Source: an uncultured cyanobacterium
GTDB lineage: Bacteria; Cyanobacteriota; Cyanobacteriia; Cyanobacteriales; Microcystaceae
Direction of reading: 5' to 3'
Length of the DNA: 64,000 bases
Assembly (NCBI GenBank): GCA_963807635.1
Contig: CAWEDJ010000105.1
Span: forward strand, 1-64,000
Both the position numbers and the translations under genes were made by a program. A model generated the notes under the pieces. The model saw only the letters and a list, made by a program, of their open reading frames with translations. It did no database searches and was not told the DNA's origin. Positions 45,480 through 56,393 of this stretch are shown piece after piece (the stretch's first letter is position 1; every line of letters starts with the position of its first letter).

Positions 45480-46274
45480 ATGAAGGGGAAAGACGACCAA
45501 GTTAGAAAAAAACGATCTTCTGTTCGTTCTTTCGACGAAATTCCAGAAGTATTGCGGGATAGCCCCTCGGTAACGCCCGCACCTAGCAATAACTTTCCTC
45601 TCATGGTCACTGCTGGGTTAATGGGTTTAGGACTCTTGGCTTTATTAGGGGTTTTTCTGATTTGGAGACCCTTTTCACCGTCTGTCGAGACTCCTAACGC
45701 GATCGCGTCTCCCGATCAACCCAAGCCAACGGTTTCCCCTTCGGCTCCAGAAGTCGATAATGTTTTGGGTCATTTACCCTATAAAGAAGCTCCTGCGGCT
45801 GAATTAAAGGCAATTACACCCGATGGTAGGATCAAGCTCCGTCAAGCGGCGGCAAATCAATTTTTACAGATGCAGAGGGATGCGAGGGCGAGTGGGGTAA
45901 TTTTAGTTCCTATTTCGGGTTTTCGTGGCATTCAAGAACAAAATTATCTCTTTTTTGGGGTCAAACAACAGCGATCGCAGGATGCCCGCAAACGAGCCGA
46001 AGTTAGTGCGCCGCCTGGCTATAGTGAACACCATACGGGTTATGCCTTTGATGTGGGAGATGGGAAAAACCCAGGAGCTAATTTAAAACAAAGTTTTGAT
46101 CAAACGGCGGCATTTAATTGGCTAGAAAAGAACGCCCCTAAATATAGTTTTGAAATGTCTTTTACGAAAGATAATCCCCAGGGAGTTAGTTACGAACCTT
46201 GGCATTGGCGGTATGTCGGCGATCGCCAAAGTTTAGAAATGTTCTATAAAGCGAGAAATCTGCGTGAGCAATAA
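45480..46274 (+). CDS. M15B D-Ala-D-Ala carboxypeptidase (VanY-like)
   Basis: SGFR, SEHHTG..D, EPWHWRY; N-terminal TM. Confidence 0.9.
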   Translation: MKGKDDQVRKKRSSVRSFDEIPEVLRDSPSVTPAPSNNFPLMVTAGLMGLGLLALLGVFLIWRPFSPSVETPNAIASPDQPKPTVSPSAPEVDNVLGHLPYKEAPAAELKAITPDGRIKLRQAAANQFLQMQRDARASGVILVPISGFRGIQEQNYLFFGVKQQRSQDARKRAEVSAPPGYSEHHTGYAFDVGDGKNPGANLKQSFDQTAAFNWLEKNAPKYSFEMSFTKDNPQGVSYEPWHWRYVGDRQSLEMFYKARNLREQ

Positions 46275-47205
46275 AACCCATCATCACGATCACCACCACG
46301 ATCACGGCCACCATCATCACCATCACGCCCCCAGCAATTACAATCGCGCTTTTTTAATTGGATTGATTCTGAATGTCGCGATCGTCGTGTTACAGGTCGT
46401 TTTCGGTTTGCTCAGTAATTCTTTGGCCTTATTAGCCGATGCGGGTCACAATTTAAGTGATGTTTTGGGTTTAGTCATTGCCTGGGTTGCGAGTTGGTTA
46501 GTGAGTCGTCGTCCCACTGCTCGCTATACCTACGGTTTAAGGCGTTCTTCGATTTTGGCGGCGTTGCTCAATGCTTGTTTAATCATGATTGTGTTGGGCG
46601 CGATCGCCGTTGAAGCCATCCACCGTTTCCAAAATCCTACCGAACTCAAGGAAGGAGTCGTCATTATCGTCGCCGCGATCGGAATGGTTTTTAATGGATT
46701 CACCGCTTGGTTATTTGCCGCCGACCACCAAAAAGACTTGAATATCAAAGGCGTATTTCTGCACATGATTACCGATGCGCTGGTTTCTTTGGGGGTTGTT
46801 TTGGGGGCAGTAGGAATCCTGGTAACGGGTTGGGTCTGGCTCGATCCGCTAATGAGTTTAATTATCACCGTTTTAATTTTCTTTGGAACCTGGGATTTAT
46901 TAAAAGATTCGATGAATTTATTACTCGATGCTGTCCCGAACAATATTGAAATAAAAGCTGTTCAAACCTATCTAGAAGAATTACCAGGAGTTTTAGGTAT
47001 TCACGATTTACATATTTGGGCCATGAGTACCACTGAAAACGCTTTAACGACTCATTTAATTGTTTCCGACCATCCCTTAGATGATAGTTTTTTATTAAAA
47101 ATTAATCAGGGATTACAGGATAATTTTGGGATTGAGCATACAACTATTCAATTAGAAAATGCCAGTAGTTCGTTAAATTGCAATGACAAAAAATGTTATT
47201 TTTAA
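46264..47205 (+). CDS. CDF-family metal efflux transporter (CzcD/ZitB-like)
   Basis: His-rich N-terminus, HNLSD, HMITD, HDLHIW. Confidence 0.92.
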   Translation: MSNKTHHHDHHHDHGHHHHHHAPSNYNRAFLIGLILNVAIVVLQVVFGLLSNSLALLADAGHNLSDVLGLVIAWVASWLVSRRPTARYTYGLRRSSILAALLNACLIMIVLGAIAVEAIHRFQNPTELKEGVVIIVAAIGMVFNGFTAWLFAADHQKDLNIKGVFLHMITDALVSLGVVLGAVGILVTGWVWLDPLMSLIITVLIFFGTWDLLKDSMNLLLDAVPNNIEIKAVQTYLEELPGVLGIHDLHIWAMSTTENALTTHLIVSDHPLDDSFLLKINQGLQDNFGIEHTTIQLENASSSLNCNDKKCYF

Positions 47206-47273
47206 AATAAAGAGTTTTTTGAATACCCATTCAATCTGCTATCAAAAGTAAAACAACAGCAGACTCTGCGGTT

Positions 47274-47525
47274 TTATTCCCTTTCTACGCTACCAAAAAA
47301 GATAGGTTCCACCCGAATGGCGACAATACTAGCAGGACGAACAACCATATATTCACCCTGAATATTTTTGATGGGAACGGTGATAAATTCTTCCGAGTCG
47401 AACTTGGGAACAACCTCGTTACTGTACCACTTCTGAAATTCTTGAATAGTCATAAAACGCACCTCTTCTCGATGTCCACTCTTGAGAAAAAGATGAATTG
47501 CATATTCGTCGGCTTTTCTGGGCAT
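47274..47525 (-). CDS. Hypothetical protein divergent from ndhR
   Basis: 83-aa clean ORF. Confidence 0.65.
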   Translation of the reverse strand: MPRKADEYAIHLFLKSGHREEVRFMTIQEFQKWYSNEVVPKFDSEEFITVPIKNIQGEYMVVRPASIVAIRVEPIFFGSVERE

Positions 47526-47818
47526 AGTTAATCTCGATAATATCCATAGTTCTCTGCTAATAATTATGACGGATTAGGGGGACAAGTTAAAATGTTGCAG
47601 TACGATTTATCCCAAACTTGACTAACCTCAAAAAAGAGTAAATTTAACCGAACGCTCCTGCTCTTAGGACTTTTTACGCGATCGCCTAGAAAGACTTTGC
47701 AAAAATTAAATTGTCAAAACATTGATTATGATCTATGATTTTAGGATAAATGCCAAGCTCTAGTCTATGGCAATTTTTTTTGTTTTTTGTGATCGACCCA
47801 TCGTTAGGAAGCAAAACC

Positions 47819-48748
47819 TTGATTCAAGCGACCCTACACCAGTTAAAAGTTTTTGAAGCAACCGCCCGTCATGGGAGTTTTACTCGTGCCGCCGAAGAAT
47901 TATTTATTACCCAACCCACCGTATCCAGTCAAATCAAGCAACTCTCTAAGGCAGTGGGTTTGCCGTTATTTGAACAAATTGGCAAGCGTCTTTTTCTTAC
48001 CAATGCAGGGCAAGAGCTATTAGAAACCTGTCAAGATATTTTTAGTCGGTTAGAGAATTTTGAAATGAAGGTGGCGGATTTTAAGGGGACGAAACAAGGC
48101 TCTTTACGATTAGCGGTTATTACCACTGCAAAATATTTTATTCCTCGAATTTTGGGTTCTTTCTGTCAACAATACCCAGGCATTGATGTTTCTTTAAAAG
48201 TCACTAATCATCAGCAAATCCAAGCTCGGATGCAAGAGAATAAAGACGATCTCTATATTATTAGTAATCCCCCCGAAGAACTGGATCTAAACTCCCAAGC
48301 CTTTTTAGACAATCCTTTAGTCGTGATTAGCCGCCGCGATCATCCCCTCGTTGGACTTAAAAAAATTCCCATTGAACGATTAAATAATGAAGCTTTTATT
48401 GTGAGAGAAAAGGGATCGGGAACTCGTCAAGCCGTACAAACGTTATTTAATGAAAATAATGTTAACGTTCATGTTCGTTTGGAACTCGGCAGTAATGAGG
48501 CCATTAAACAGGCGATCGCAGGAGGAATGGGCATTTCCGTTCTTTCTGAACATACCCTAACCTCTGAAGGTCATCAAAGTGAATTAAGCATATTAGATGT
48601 AGAGCATTTCCCGATCAAACGACGTTGGTATGTGGCCTATTTAGGGGGAAAACAACTATCAGTGATTGCTCAAACTTTTTTAGAATATTTATTAGAAGAA
48701 AGTAAAAAAATTCCCATCTCTTGTACTAACTCAACTAAGAGAAATTAG
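47819..48748 (+). CDS. ndhR: LysR regulator NdhR (CcmR)
   Basis: QATLHQLKVFEATARHGSFTRAAEEL..TTAKYFIPR matches NdhR as I recall it; TTG start at 47819. Confidence 0.82.
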   Translation: MIQATLHQLKVFEATARHGSFTRAAEELFITQPTVSSQIKQLSKAVGLPLFEQIGKRLFLTNAGQELLETCQDIFSRLENFEMKVADFKGTKQGSLRLAVITTAKYFIPRILGSFCQQYPGIDVSLKVTNHQQIQARMQENKDDLYIISNPPEELDLNSQAFLDNPLVVISRRDHPLVGLKKIPIERLNNEAFIVREKGSGTRQAVQTLFNENNVNVHVRLELGSNEAIKQAIAGGMGISVLSEHTLTSEGHQSELSILDVEHFPIKRRWYVAYLGGKQLSVIAQTFLEYLLEESKKIPISCTNSTKRN

Positions 48749-48765
48749 TCTTAGTTTCCTACTAG

Positions 48766-48792
48766 GGGCGTAGGGGTTACGCCCTTTTTTTT
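48766..48792 (+). terminator. Intrinsic terminator after ndhR
   Basis: GGGCGTA-GGGGT-TACGCCC hairpin followed by T-run. Confidence 0.65.
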
Positions 48793-48812
48793 GCTACTCA
48801 AAGTCGATATTT

Positions 48813-49631
48813 TTAGTTATTTTTTCCAGTCGAAAAATCGAGAACAGGATAATCTTCCTGGCGATAAAAATGGGTCATATCCGTAAATTGACGAAGTTCG
48901 ATTTTAGGAATCTGAAGAAATTCGGGATCGACTTCTAACCAATGATCATTTAATTTTCCAAGGGTTTGGGTGCATTCTTCTCGGTCTAAATCGGCGGGAA
49001 TTTCACCGAAATAGCCCAGGGTGATATGGGCAGTAAAATTGTATTGCTGTTCAATGCCAAGACCAATTAAGACTGGATTTTGGTACAGCGATCGCCGTAA
49101 TTCGAGAATCGGTAAATAATCAGCTTCCTGTTGGGGGACAAGTACCACCGCGATCGCACGGGGGAAAATGCCAAACCCCAAGACTTGCCATTGAATCGTC
49201 CCGTCCTCCAAACCCGTCGGTTGATAGGCGGCAAAGGTCTCTCGAACGCAGTCCTTTAATTGTTGCTCAAATTGGGGATTTTCCGCGATCGCAGCTTTAT
49301 ATTGACTATCCCAAATCAAATCTGCAACGGTGAGGTGGAAACTCTCTGGAGGCAAGGGAATCAAAAATTCGCCAAACGCCTCGATCAATTTAGCTTGAGC
49401 TTTAATTAAACCTTGATAAAGCTTTTCATTGTCGGGGTCTTCACTACTGGGCGGGGTAATGATGCTATACCCAGGAAACGCGATCGGATTCCCTTCCTGA
49501 AATTTAGGAGACGCTTGAATATGGGGCAGTTGCGTTTGATAGGTAGCAGGTAAAGTCAGTCGAGCAACCCGATTGACATAAATTTGATAGGTATCGTCCA
49601 AAAGAGTTCCCTCCGAAGCCAAAACAAACAA
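48813..49631 (-). CDS. 2H-phosphoesterase-like protein (DUF1868)
   Basis: Two HxT motifs (FHLTVAD, AHITLGY); start uncertain. Confidence 0.75.
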   Translation of the reverse strand: MFVLASEGTLLDDTYQIYVNRVARLTLPATYQTQLPHIQASPKFQEGNPIAFPGYSIITPPSSEDPDNEKLYQGLIKAQAKLIEAFGEFLIPLPPESFHLTVADLIWDSQYKAAIAENPQFEQQLKDCVRETFAAYQPTGLEDGTIQWQVLGFGIFPRAIAVVLVPQQEADYLPILELRRSLYQNPVLIGLGIEQQYNFTAHITLGYFGEIPADLDREECTQTLGKLNDHWLEVDPEFLQIPKIELRQFTDMTHFYRQEDYPVLDFSTGKNN

Positions 49632-49928
49632 AATAGCCTTTTATGTTAGTTTACTGGTTTTAGGCAATAACTTTATCTTCCCTCCTCCTGAATCTGATCC
49701 CCCAAAGCCAAGTGTCCCGTACAGTTGCTTTTTGAACAAAAAAAATTTCCCTCCTCAACCAAGCTATTATGTTGAAAAATGACTCATTTCTCTTGTATTT
49801 TCCTGTTTAATGACGCAATATAATTTTAAACCGACAATCAATCCGTAAAAGCCCGTCGCGATCGCCCAGAAAAGCTTAAACCATCTAAACAAGTTTTATT
49901 TGACCTAATTATTGATATTTGAATAAAA

Positions 49929-50772
49929 ATGACCCAGAATAACTCAAAGATTACTCCATCCAGAACCATCGGAACTTACCTCTTGCTCGGCGGAATCGCG
50001 CTCATCATGCTTTTTCCCCTGTTTTGGCTCCTCAGCACCAGCCTAAAATCCCCCACAGAAGACATTTTTGGTGCGCCCCTTCAAATCTTCCCCACTCAGC
50101 CGACCTTGGCAAATTTCCTTTCCGTTTGGCAAAATTATCCCTTTGGCCGCTATTTGCTTAACAGTACGATTGTTGCCAGCTTAACGGTAGGATTTAACCT
50201 ACTTTTCTGCGCCCTGGCCGCCTATCCCTTGGCCCGTCTCAATTTTAGAGGGAGGGATCTTTTACTCGCCCTGATTGTGGCAACTTTGATGATTCCTTTC
50301 CAGATCGTTATGATTCCCCTCTATATTCTCACTGTCCAATTTGGATTGCGAAATACCTATCTAGGCGTGATTTTTCCTGGTCTGGCTTCAGCATTTGGCA
50401 TTTTTCTGCTGAGACAAGCGTTTCAAGGAGTACCAAAGGAATTAGAAGAAGCTGCCCGTATTGATGGCTGTACGGAATTAGGCATTTGGTGGCATATTAT
50501 GATTCCTGCCGTTCGTCCTGCCTTGGCGACTTTAGCGATTTTTGTTTTTATCGGAGCCTGGAGTGATTTCTTCGTGGCCCTTGATTGTGCTGGATCAACC
50601 CGATTATTTTACCCTGCCCCTCGGTGTTGCGAAATTAGCCAGTGCCTTAGATTTTGATTGGCGTTTGATTGCGGCGGGGTCTATGATTTCTATTACGCCA
50701 ATTATCTTACTATTTGTCTTTTTACAACGCTATATTATCCCGACGGAAGCAGGAAGCGGTGTTAAGGGATGA
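49929..50772 (+). CDS. Carbohydrate ABC transporter permease; frameshift near 50575
   Basis: EAA motif ELEEAARIDG; C-terminal GVKG. Confidence 0.88.
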
Positions 50773-50843
50773 TTACAATTTCCCCAGGATCTGCCATCTT
50801 TGGTAGGATCAATGATCAAGACTTCATTTTTATTTAACTCACT

Positions 50844-51365
50844 ATGCCGCGATCGCAACGTAACGATAACTTTATAGATAAAAGCTTTACCGTCATGGCA
50901 GATATCCTCCTGAAGATGATGCCGACCAATCGTAGAGCAAAAGAAGCCTTTGTATATTATCGAGATGGAATGTCAGCCCAAGCAGAAGGGGAATATGCCG
51001 AAGCCCTGGAAAATTACGAAGAAGCTCTGACCCTAGAAGACAATCCTAATGATCGGGGTTACATTCTCTATAATATTGGTCTGATTCATGCCAGTAACGG
51101 TGAGTATGAAAAAGCCTTAAGTTACTATCACGAAGCGATTAATGTGAATCCCCAAATGCCTTCTGCTTTGAATAATATTGCGGTGATTTATCACTATCAA
51201 GGAGATAAAGCCAGGGAAGCAGGACAGGAAAACGAAGCAGAAGATCTGTTTGACCGAGCGGCGGAATATTGGAAACAGGCCATCCGTTTTGCGCCAAATA
51301 ATTATATAGAAGCCCAAAATTGGCTTAAGATTACAGGACGTTCTGAAATGGATGTCTTTTTCTAA
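50844..51365 (+). CDS. ycf3: Photosystem I assembly protein Ycf3
   Basis: [36 protein letters not shown]. Confidence 0.97.
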   Translation: MPRSQRNDNFIDKSFTVMADILLKMMPTNRRAKEAFVYYRDGMSAQAEGEYAEALENYEEALTLEDNPNDRGYILYNIGLIHASNGEYEKALSYYHEAINVNPQMPSALNNIAVIYHYQGDKAREAGQENEAEDLFDRAAEYWKQAIRFAPNNYIEAQNWLKITGRSEMDVFF

Positions 51366-51440
51366 ATCACAAAAATTTTTATTGTCTTCTAAATCCCTCA
51401 ATTCTAAGAGATTTTCAATTAATTATTCCCCCCAAGGTTA

Positions 51441-51617
51441 ACTACTGTGTACACATACCTCTTTACCTCTCTAGACGTTTGATCCCCCTGCCTACGGCAT
51501 CCCCCTTAAAAAGGGGGATTCTTCTTACTGAGAGGAATTTAGCCCCCCTTATCAAGGGGGATAGGGGGGATCAAAACTTAAAAATTTAGATAGAAAGCTT
51601 TGTGTGTACGCGGCAGT
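51441..51617. mobile_element. 177-bp MITE with 8-bp target duplication
   Basis: Imperfect 17-bp TIRs (13/17) ACTACTGTGTACACATA / TGTGTGTACGCGGCAGT; CAAGGTTA at 51433-51440 and 51618-51625. Confidence 0.78.
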
Positions 51618-51697
51618 CAAGGTTAGGGGGAAAAGGAATGAAAACATCTCCTAAAATCAGCAACGCCCCAAAATTTACGTCAATCAAAAAAAATAGA

Positions 51698-51994
51698 ATG
51701 CTTGATCAAGAACAGGTTCATAAAATCGCTCATTTAGCTCGATTAGAGATTACTGCCGAGGAAGAAACCCAATTTGCGGGTCAACTGAGTAGTATTTTGG
51801 CTTACTTTGAACAACTCAGTGAGCTAGATACCACCGATGTTCCACCCACCACACGGGCGATTGAGTTAAGTAACGTGACTCGTCCCGATCGCTCGGTGGT
51901 TTACGACCATCAGGAAGATTTATTGAGCCAAGCTCCTGAACAGGAAGGAGAATTTTTCCGCGTTCCGCAAATCCTCAATACGGATGAAGAGTGA
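51698..51994 (+). CDS. gatC: Asp/Glu-tRNA amidotransferase subunit C
   Basis: [28 protein letters not shown] at 51698. Confidence 0.93.
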   Translation: MLDQEQVHKIAHLARLEITAEEETQFAGQLSSILAYFEQLSELDTTDVPPTTRAIELSNVTRPDRSVVYDHQEDLLSQAPEQEGEFFRVPQILNTDEE

Positions 51995-52014
51995 TCCGTG
52001 TTATACTAGTTTTT

Positions 52015-52109
52015 GACTCGGACTCATGCGATCGCAACGCCCAAATCTTGTCAGGACCGGAAGGTAGCAGCAATACGGGATGCTTACGGTAGGCGTGATC
52101 TCCGGGTCT
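52015..52109 (+). ncRNA. ffs: Signal recognition particle RNA (4.5S)
   Basis: TCAGGACCGGAAGGTAGCAGC domain IV motif, pairing ends GACTCGGA/TCCGGGTC, TATACT -10 at 52002. Confidence 0.92.
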
Positions 52110-52255
52110 TTTGTTTGAATTTGGCTCAAAAAGTTCAATAATCTCAAAAAAATCTATACTTTTCCAAAATCCTCTCAATTCGGTTTAGGAAGAGAAGACC
52201 GACTAATGGTATTCTAAAAAGTGTTAACTTATGATGACAGAGAGGCAGCGAAGCC

Positions 52256-52363
52256 ATGCAGGTTAATAATTTAGGCTTTATCGCTAGTATTCTATTTGTG
52301 TTGGTTCCGACTGTGTTTTTGCTGATTCTGTATATTCAAACAGGCAAGCAGGGCCAAAGTTAA
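52256..52363 (+). CDS. psbM: Photosystem II protein M
   Basis: [35 protein letters not shown]; below ORF-track cutoff. Confidence 0.95.
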   Translation: MQVNNLGFIASILFVLVPTVFLLILYIQTGKQGQS

Positions 52364-52479
52364 GCCATTTTTTGATACAGCTATATTAAATTATTTAACA
52401 TGGGGCCAGCAGTTTAATCCTGTCACCCCATCTTTTTTTGTATAAAAAATTTGCCTTGTCACCAATACCTAATAATTTC

Positions 52480-52533
52480 TAACAAGGGGCTTAAGCCCCT
52501 TGCCTATATACATTTTGAATGACGAACAGCTTA
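52480..52533. repeat. Partial copy of the 15869-15970 element
   Basis: Same 54-bp right half including the palindrome and AACAGCTTA end. Confidence 0.65.
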
Positions 52534-52543
52534 TTACCCAACA

Positions 52544-53293
52544 ATGGATTTAGTTTTTTCTGAAGCTCCCAGTGTCGAAATTAGTCGGTTATTGATTTTA
52601 GTTCCCCAGGGCGCAGAATATCAGGCAGTTGTAGGAGCCATTAAAAATAAGACCTATTCCCCTGTTATTTCAGCCACTCCAGTCGGAAAACTTGCCGTTG
52701 CCAAATATCTCCACGAGTGGCGACAGAATAATCCTGATTTTTCGCCTACTGGAGTAATATTAATGGGTTTAGGGGGCAGTTTATCGGCAGAATTTAGTTT
52801 AGGTCAAGCCGTTTTATTAGAATCCTGTCTCAACTATCAAAATGATCAAGCCGATCAGGAGCAATACAGCGATCGCATCTTAACCGACTGGGTTGAACAA
52901 AAATTAGGTAGAAATCTTCGACGGGTTCAGGGTTTAACCAGCGATCGCGTTATTACAGACGCAACAGAAAAACAGGCATTGGGAAAACGTTTTAACTGCC
53001 AGGTTGTGGAGATGGAAGGTTGGGCTGTTTTAAGTTTTTTTAGGGAATTAGGAATTCCTGCCGCTATTATCAGGGTGATTAGTGATGAAGTGGGCCAGTC
53101 TTTACCCGATCTCAGCAAAATTTATAATAACCAAGGCCAATTAAACGCGATCGCCCTAAGTTTAGCTTTAGGGAAACAACCGATCGCAGGATACAAACTA
53201 ATTGTAGGTTCCCTCAAATCTTTGAAAACCTTAAACAAGATCACAAAAAAACTTTTATTTAGCTCTATTAACGATGATGATTTTGACCCCTAA
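52544..53293 (+). CDS. Nucleoside phosphorylase/MTA-SAH nucleosidase family protein
   Basis: MGLGGSL, VEMEG, RVISD motifs. Confidence 0.75.
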   Translation: MDLVFSEAPSVEISRLLILVPQGAEYQAVVGAIKNKTYSPVISATPVGKLAVAKYLHEWRQNNPDFSPTGVILMGLGGSLSAEFSLGQAVLLESCLNYQNDQADQEQYSDRILTDWVEQKLGRNLRRVQGLTSDRVITDATEKQALGKRFNCQVVEMEGWAVLSFFRELGIPAAIIRVISDEVGQSLPDLSKIYNNQGQLNAIALSLALGKQPIAGYKLIVGSLKSLKTLNKITKKLLFSSINDDDFDP

Positions 53294-53381
53294 AACAATC
53301 TGGTTAATTTTTTGACAAATCTCTAGCAATTTTATCCATCTTTCGGTAAACTCAGGGAGTCTTCTCTAAACCTCATTTCCA

Positions 53382-54455
53382 ATGAAAGCCCTCATTCTCT
53401 CTGGTGGAAAAGGAACTCGTTTAAGACCGCTCACCTACACAGGAGCCAAACAACTCGTCCCCGTTGCCAATAAACCTATTCTTTGGTATGGAATTGAGTC
53501 AATTGTAGCGGCTGGAATCATAGATATTGGCATTATTATTAGCCCTGAAACGGGAGAAGAGATTAGGGAAAAAACAGGAAATGGCGATCGCTTTGGTGCA
53601 AAAATTACCTATATCTATCAAGACCAGCCTCTAGGTTTAGCCCATGCCGTTAAAGTGGCGCGACCCTTTTTAGGGGATTCTCCCTTCGTCATGTATTTAG
53701 GCGATAATTTGATTCAAGACGGTCTAGGGCAATTTTTACAGACTTTTACAGAAAAAAAACTAGATGCCTTAATTTTATTACGCACAGTCAGCAATCCTAC
53801 CGCTTTTGGTGTGGCGAAAGTGGATGAACAAGGTCGGGTTTTGGCATTAGTAGAAAAGCCGAAAGTGCCTCCCTCTAATTTGGCCCTCGTGGGACTTTAT
53901 TTCTTTGCACCTTCCATTCATCAGGCGATCGATTCTATCCAACCTTCTGCCAGGGGAGAATTAGAAATTACTGATGCGATTCAGGCCTTAATTAATCAAT
54001 CTCAAAAAGTTGAAGCACTCCAATTAGAAGGGTGGTGGTTAGACACAGGCAAAAAAGATGATTTACTGGCGGCAAATCAAATTATTCTCGATAGTATTTT
54101 AGTCAATAGTAATCAAGGTAATATTGATGCCCAGAGTCAGATTTCGGGTCGGGTGACCATCGGTAAAAATTCTCAAATTATTAATAGTACTATTCGCGGC
54201 CCCGTGATTATTGGTGAAAATTGTCAGATCGAAAATTGTTTTATCGGCCCCTTTTCGAGTATCGGCGATCGCGTCATTCTCCAAGATGCGGATCTAGAAC
54301 ATAGTGTTATCTTACAATCAGCCCAAGTAATCGGTATTCAACAACGAATTGTGGATAGCGTGATTGGACAACGGGCAAAACTGGCGATCGCGCCCCAACG
54401 TCCTAAGGCGTTAAGATTTCTGATTGGAGATGATTCTCAAATTGAGTTAGTTTAG
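53382..54455 (+). CDS. rfbA: Glucose-1-phosphate thymidylyltransferase (long form)
   Basis: GGKGTRLRPLT, KQLVPVANKP, EKP, RGELEITD. Confidence 0.9.
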   Translation: MKALILSGGKGTRLRPLTYTGAKQLVPVANKPILWYGIESIVAAGIIDIGIIISPETGEEIREKTGNGDRFGAKITYIYQDQPLGLAHAVKVARPFLGDSPFVMYLGDNLIQDGLGQFLQTFTEKKLDALILLRTVSNPTAFGVAKVDEQGRVLALVEKPKVPPSNLALVGLYFFAPSIHQAIDSIQPSARGELEITDAIQALINQSQKVEALQLEGWWLDTGKKDDLLAANQIILDSILVNSNQGNIDAQSQISGRVTIGKNSQIINSTIRGPVIIGENCQIENCFIGPFSSIGDRVILQDADLEHSVILQSAQVIGIQQRIVDSVIGQRAKLAIAPQRPKALRFLIGDDSQIELV

Positions 54456-54486
54456 TCTCAAATCCAGCCTGAAACAATATATTTCT

Positions 54487-55496
54487 TTGTTAAAATTCCC
54501 TAAAAATCGAATGATACAAAATCAGATTCAATCCTCTCTAACTCCGCGCAAAGTCTTTATTATTCTTTCTTCCCGTGCCTTGCCCTACGCAGAAAAAGGC
54601 ATTAGTAGTTTATTCAAAAATGTTTTAGAACCGATCAACTTGACTCTCATTACTGATACTGAAGAAGATAAAAAATTAATTTATGAAACCGTCAGTCCTC
54701 TAGAAAATCCCAGTCTTCACCCCTGGCAAATTTTTAATCAAGCAGAAGCCGATGAAAGAGCAGAAGCACAATTTAAGCAATTTACCAATTTTAAACTCTT
54801 CCGACAAGGGCATCCTTGCTGGCGAAAAATAACCGATCCTCTTCTTTTTAGTCAAGATAAAGAAGAAATGATCATCTTAGATCCAGACCTATTTTTCCCT
54901 AATCAATTTACCTTTGAAACTACACCGACAGACTCTTTATTATTAATGTGGCAACCGCCGAACTGCCTCTTTCCTCCCGAATCGGTGATTGCCGCTTTTA
55001 ATGCCCCCGTCAAACTTGCTCACCATGTAGATATTGGTGTTGCCCAAGTCAGAAAAATCATTGATCTCGAATGGCTGGATTGGTTTATCGGCCAACTTGG
55101 TGGAAAAGATATCCCCCGCATTATGCACGTCGAGGCGATCGTTTGGTACCGCCCTAGCCATGAAAATGGGAGGAGGCTATTTAGATCCTGAGCGTTGGCT
55201 TTGCTGGCACCGTAGCCACGTCAAACGAATTTTAATTAAATTAGGAACACCAGGAAGTCGCCTGCTTCAAAGAGAAAATCTCAAAAATGCCAAATGTTTT
55301 CACGCTTGTGGAATGTCAAAATGGTGGGTCAAGGAAGCCTGCGAAGCGGGACTATTAAATAGCACCTCAAAGATTAGACCAACCTTCCCAACCCAAGCCT
55401 TTCATTGAGCTAACTCGACAAGCCTACGATTTAGAACAAAATTTGAAGGGATTACTCTGGAAAATTGGCTATTATTCACTTATCAATCCTGATTAA
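54487..55496 (+). CDS. Hypothetical glycosyltransferase-like protein; two apparent frameshifts
   Basis: RKITDP..ILDPD (DxD-like) motif; continues through ORF 55034-55408 and a third frame to TAA at 55496. Confidence 0.5.
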
Positions 55497-55627
55497 AATC
55501 GACTAATTGATCCTCATCCAGACTTATCTCCTTAGAATTTCTGCATAGAATTCAAAAAAATTAAACACAAAAAGTTAAACAAAAAGTCATTTTAATAAAT
55601 TACACAACTAAATTAAGGAGGGTAAAA

Positions 55628-56380
55628 ATGACAGAAAATACTGATAAAGCTTGGGAAAAATATGGAGAAATAGATCCGTATTTCGGAGTATTGAATCTAG
55701 AAAAATTTCGCAATCAAAGTTTAAATCCAGAGGTATTACAAGATTTTTTTGCTAGTGGTAATGATCATATTGCCCAAATACTATCCAATATTCGTAAATA
55801 TATTGATCCTAATTTTCAAGTAATTAATTCTCTCGATTTTGGTTGTGGAGTTGGAAGACTAGTAATTCCTTTAGCAAAAATTTCGGAGTCCTCTGTTGGA
55901 ATAGATGTCTCTGAATCAATGCTCGCCGAAGCTAGAAAAAATTGTGAATTATATTCAATTCATAATATTGATTTAGTTAAATCAGATGATTCTTTATCGA
56001 AATTAGCAGGAAAAAAATTTAATTTAATTCATTCCTATATTGTTTTTCAACATATTACAACTCATCGCGGTGAAGCAATTTTAGAAAAGCTCTTGGATTG
56101 TCTTGAAGAGGGTGGGGTAGGTGTTTTGCATTTTAACTATGCCAGTATTGAACCTACCTCACGCCAAATACAATACTATCTTCGTCGATTTGTTCCTGGT
56201 GTCAATGGTTTAGTGAATATTATAAAAGGAAGAAAGTTTAGTTATCCTATGATGCAAATGAATCGATATCAGTTAAATCGAATATTTAAAATATTGCAGA
56301 AAAGGAATATTACAAATTTATACGTTGATTTAACTAATGATAGTTTTAACTTAGGGGCAATCATCTATTTTCAGAAATAA
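55628..56380 (+). CDS. Class I SAM-dependent methyltransferase
   Basis: LDFGCGVGR, GIDVS, VFQHI. Confidence 0.88.
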   Translation: MTENTDKAWEKYGEIDPYFGVLNLEKFRNQSLNPEVLQDFFASGNDHIAQILSNIRKYIDPNFQVINSLDFGCGVGRLVIPLAKISESSVGIDVSESMLAEARKNCELYSIHNIDLVKSDDSLSKLAGKKFNLIHSYIVFQHITTHRGEAILEKLLDCLEEGGVGVLHFNYASIEPTSRQIQYYLRRFVPGVNGLVNIIKGRKFSYPMMQMNRYQLNRIFKILQKRNITNLYVDLTNDSFNLGAIIYFQK

Positions 56381-56393
56381 AAACGATCTAAAA

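Noticed and set aside
46279..46326. CAT/CAC low-complexity repeat
   Set aside because: Encodes the ordinary His-rich N-terminus of the CDF transporter.
47750..48748. Calling the LysR gene rbcR/ycf30
   Set aside because: The QATLHQLKVF N-terminus fits NdhR-type regulators, not the PFTLDQL start of RbcR.
51602..51697. N-terminal extension of gatC
   Set aside because: Begins inside the MITE end; the conserved protein starts at ATG 51698.
51975..52178. 67-aa minus-strand ORF
   Set aside because: Antisense to SRP RNA.
5553..55496. Mass pseudogenisation or programmed frameshifting in squalene synthase, FTR1, ftsW, S2P, acnB, P-type ATPase, cupA, malic enzyme, ABC permease
   Set aside because: Single-base indels hit conserved and normally essential genes with otherwise intact motifs; best explained as long-read assembly errors.
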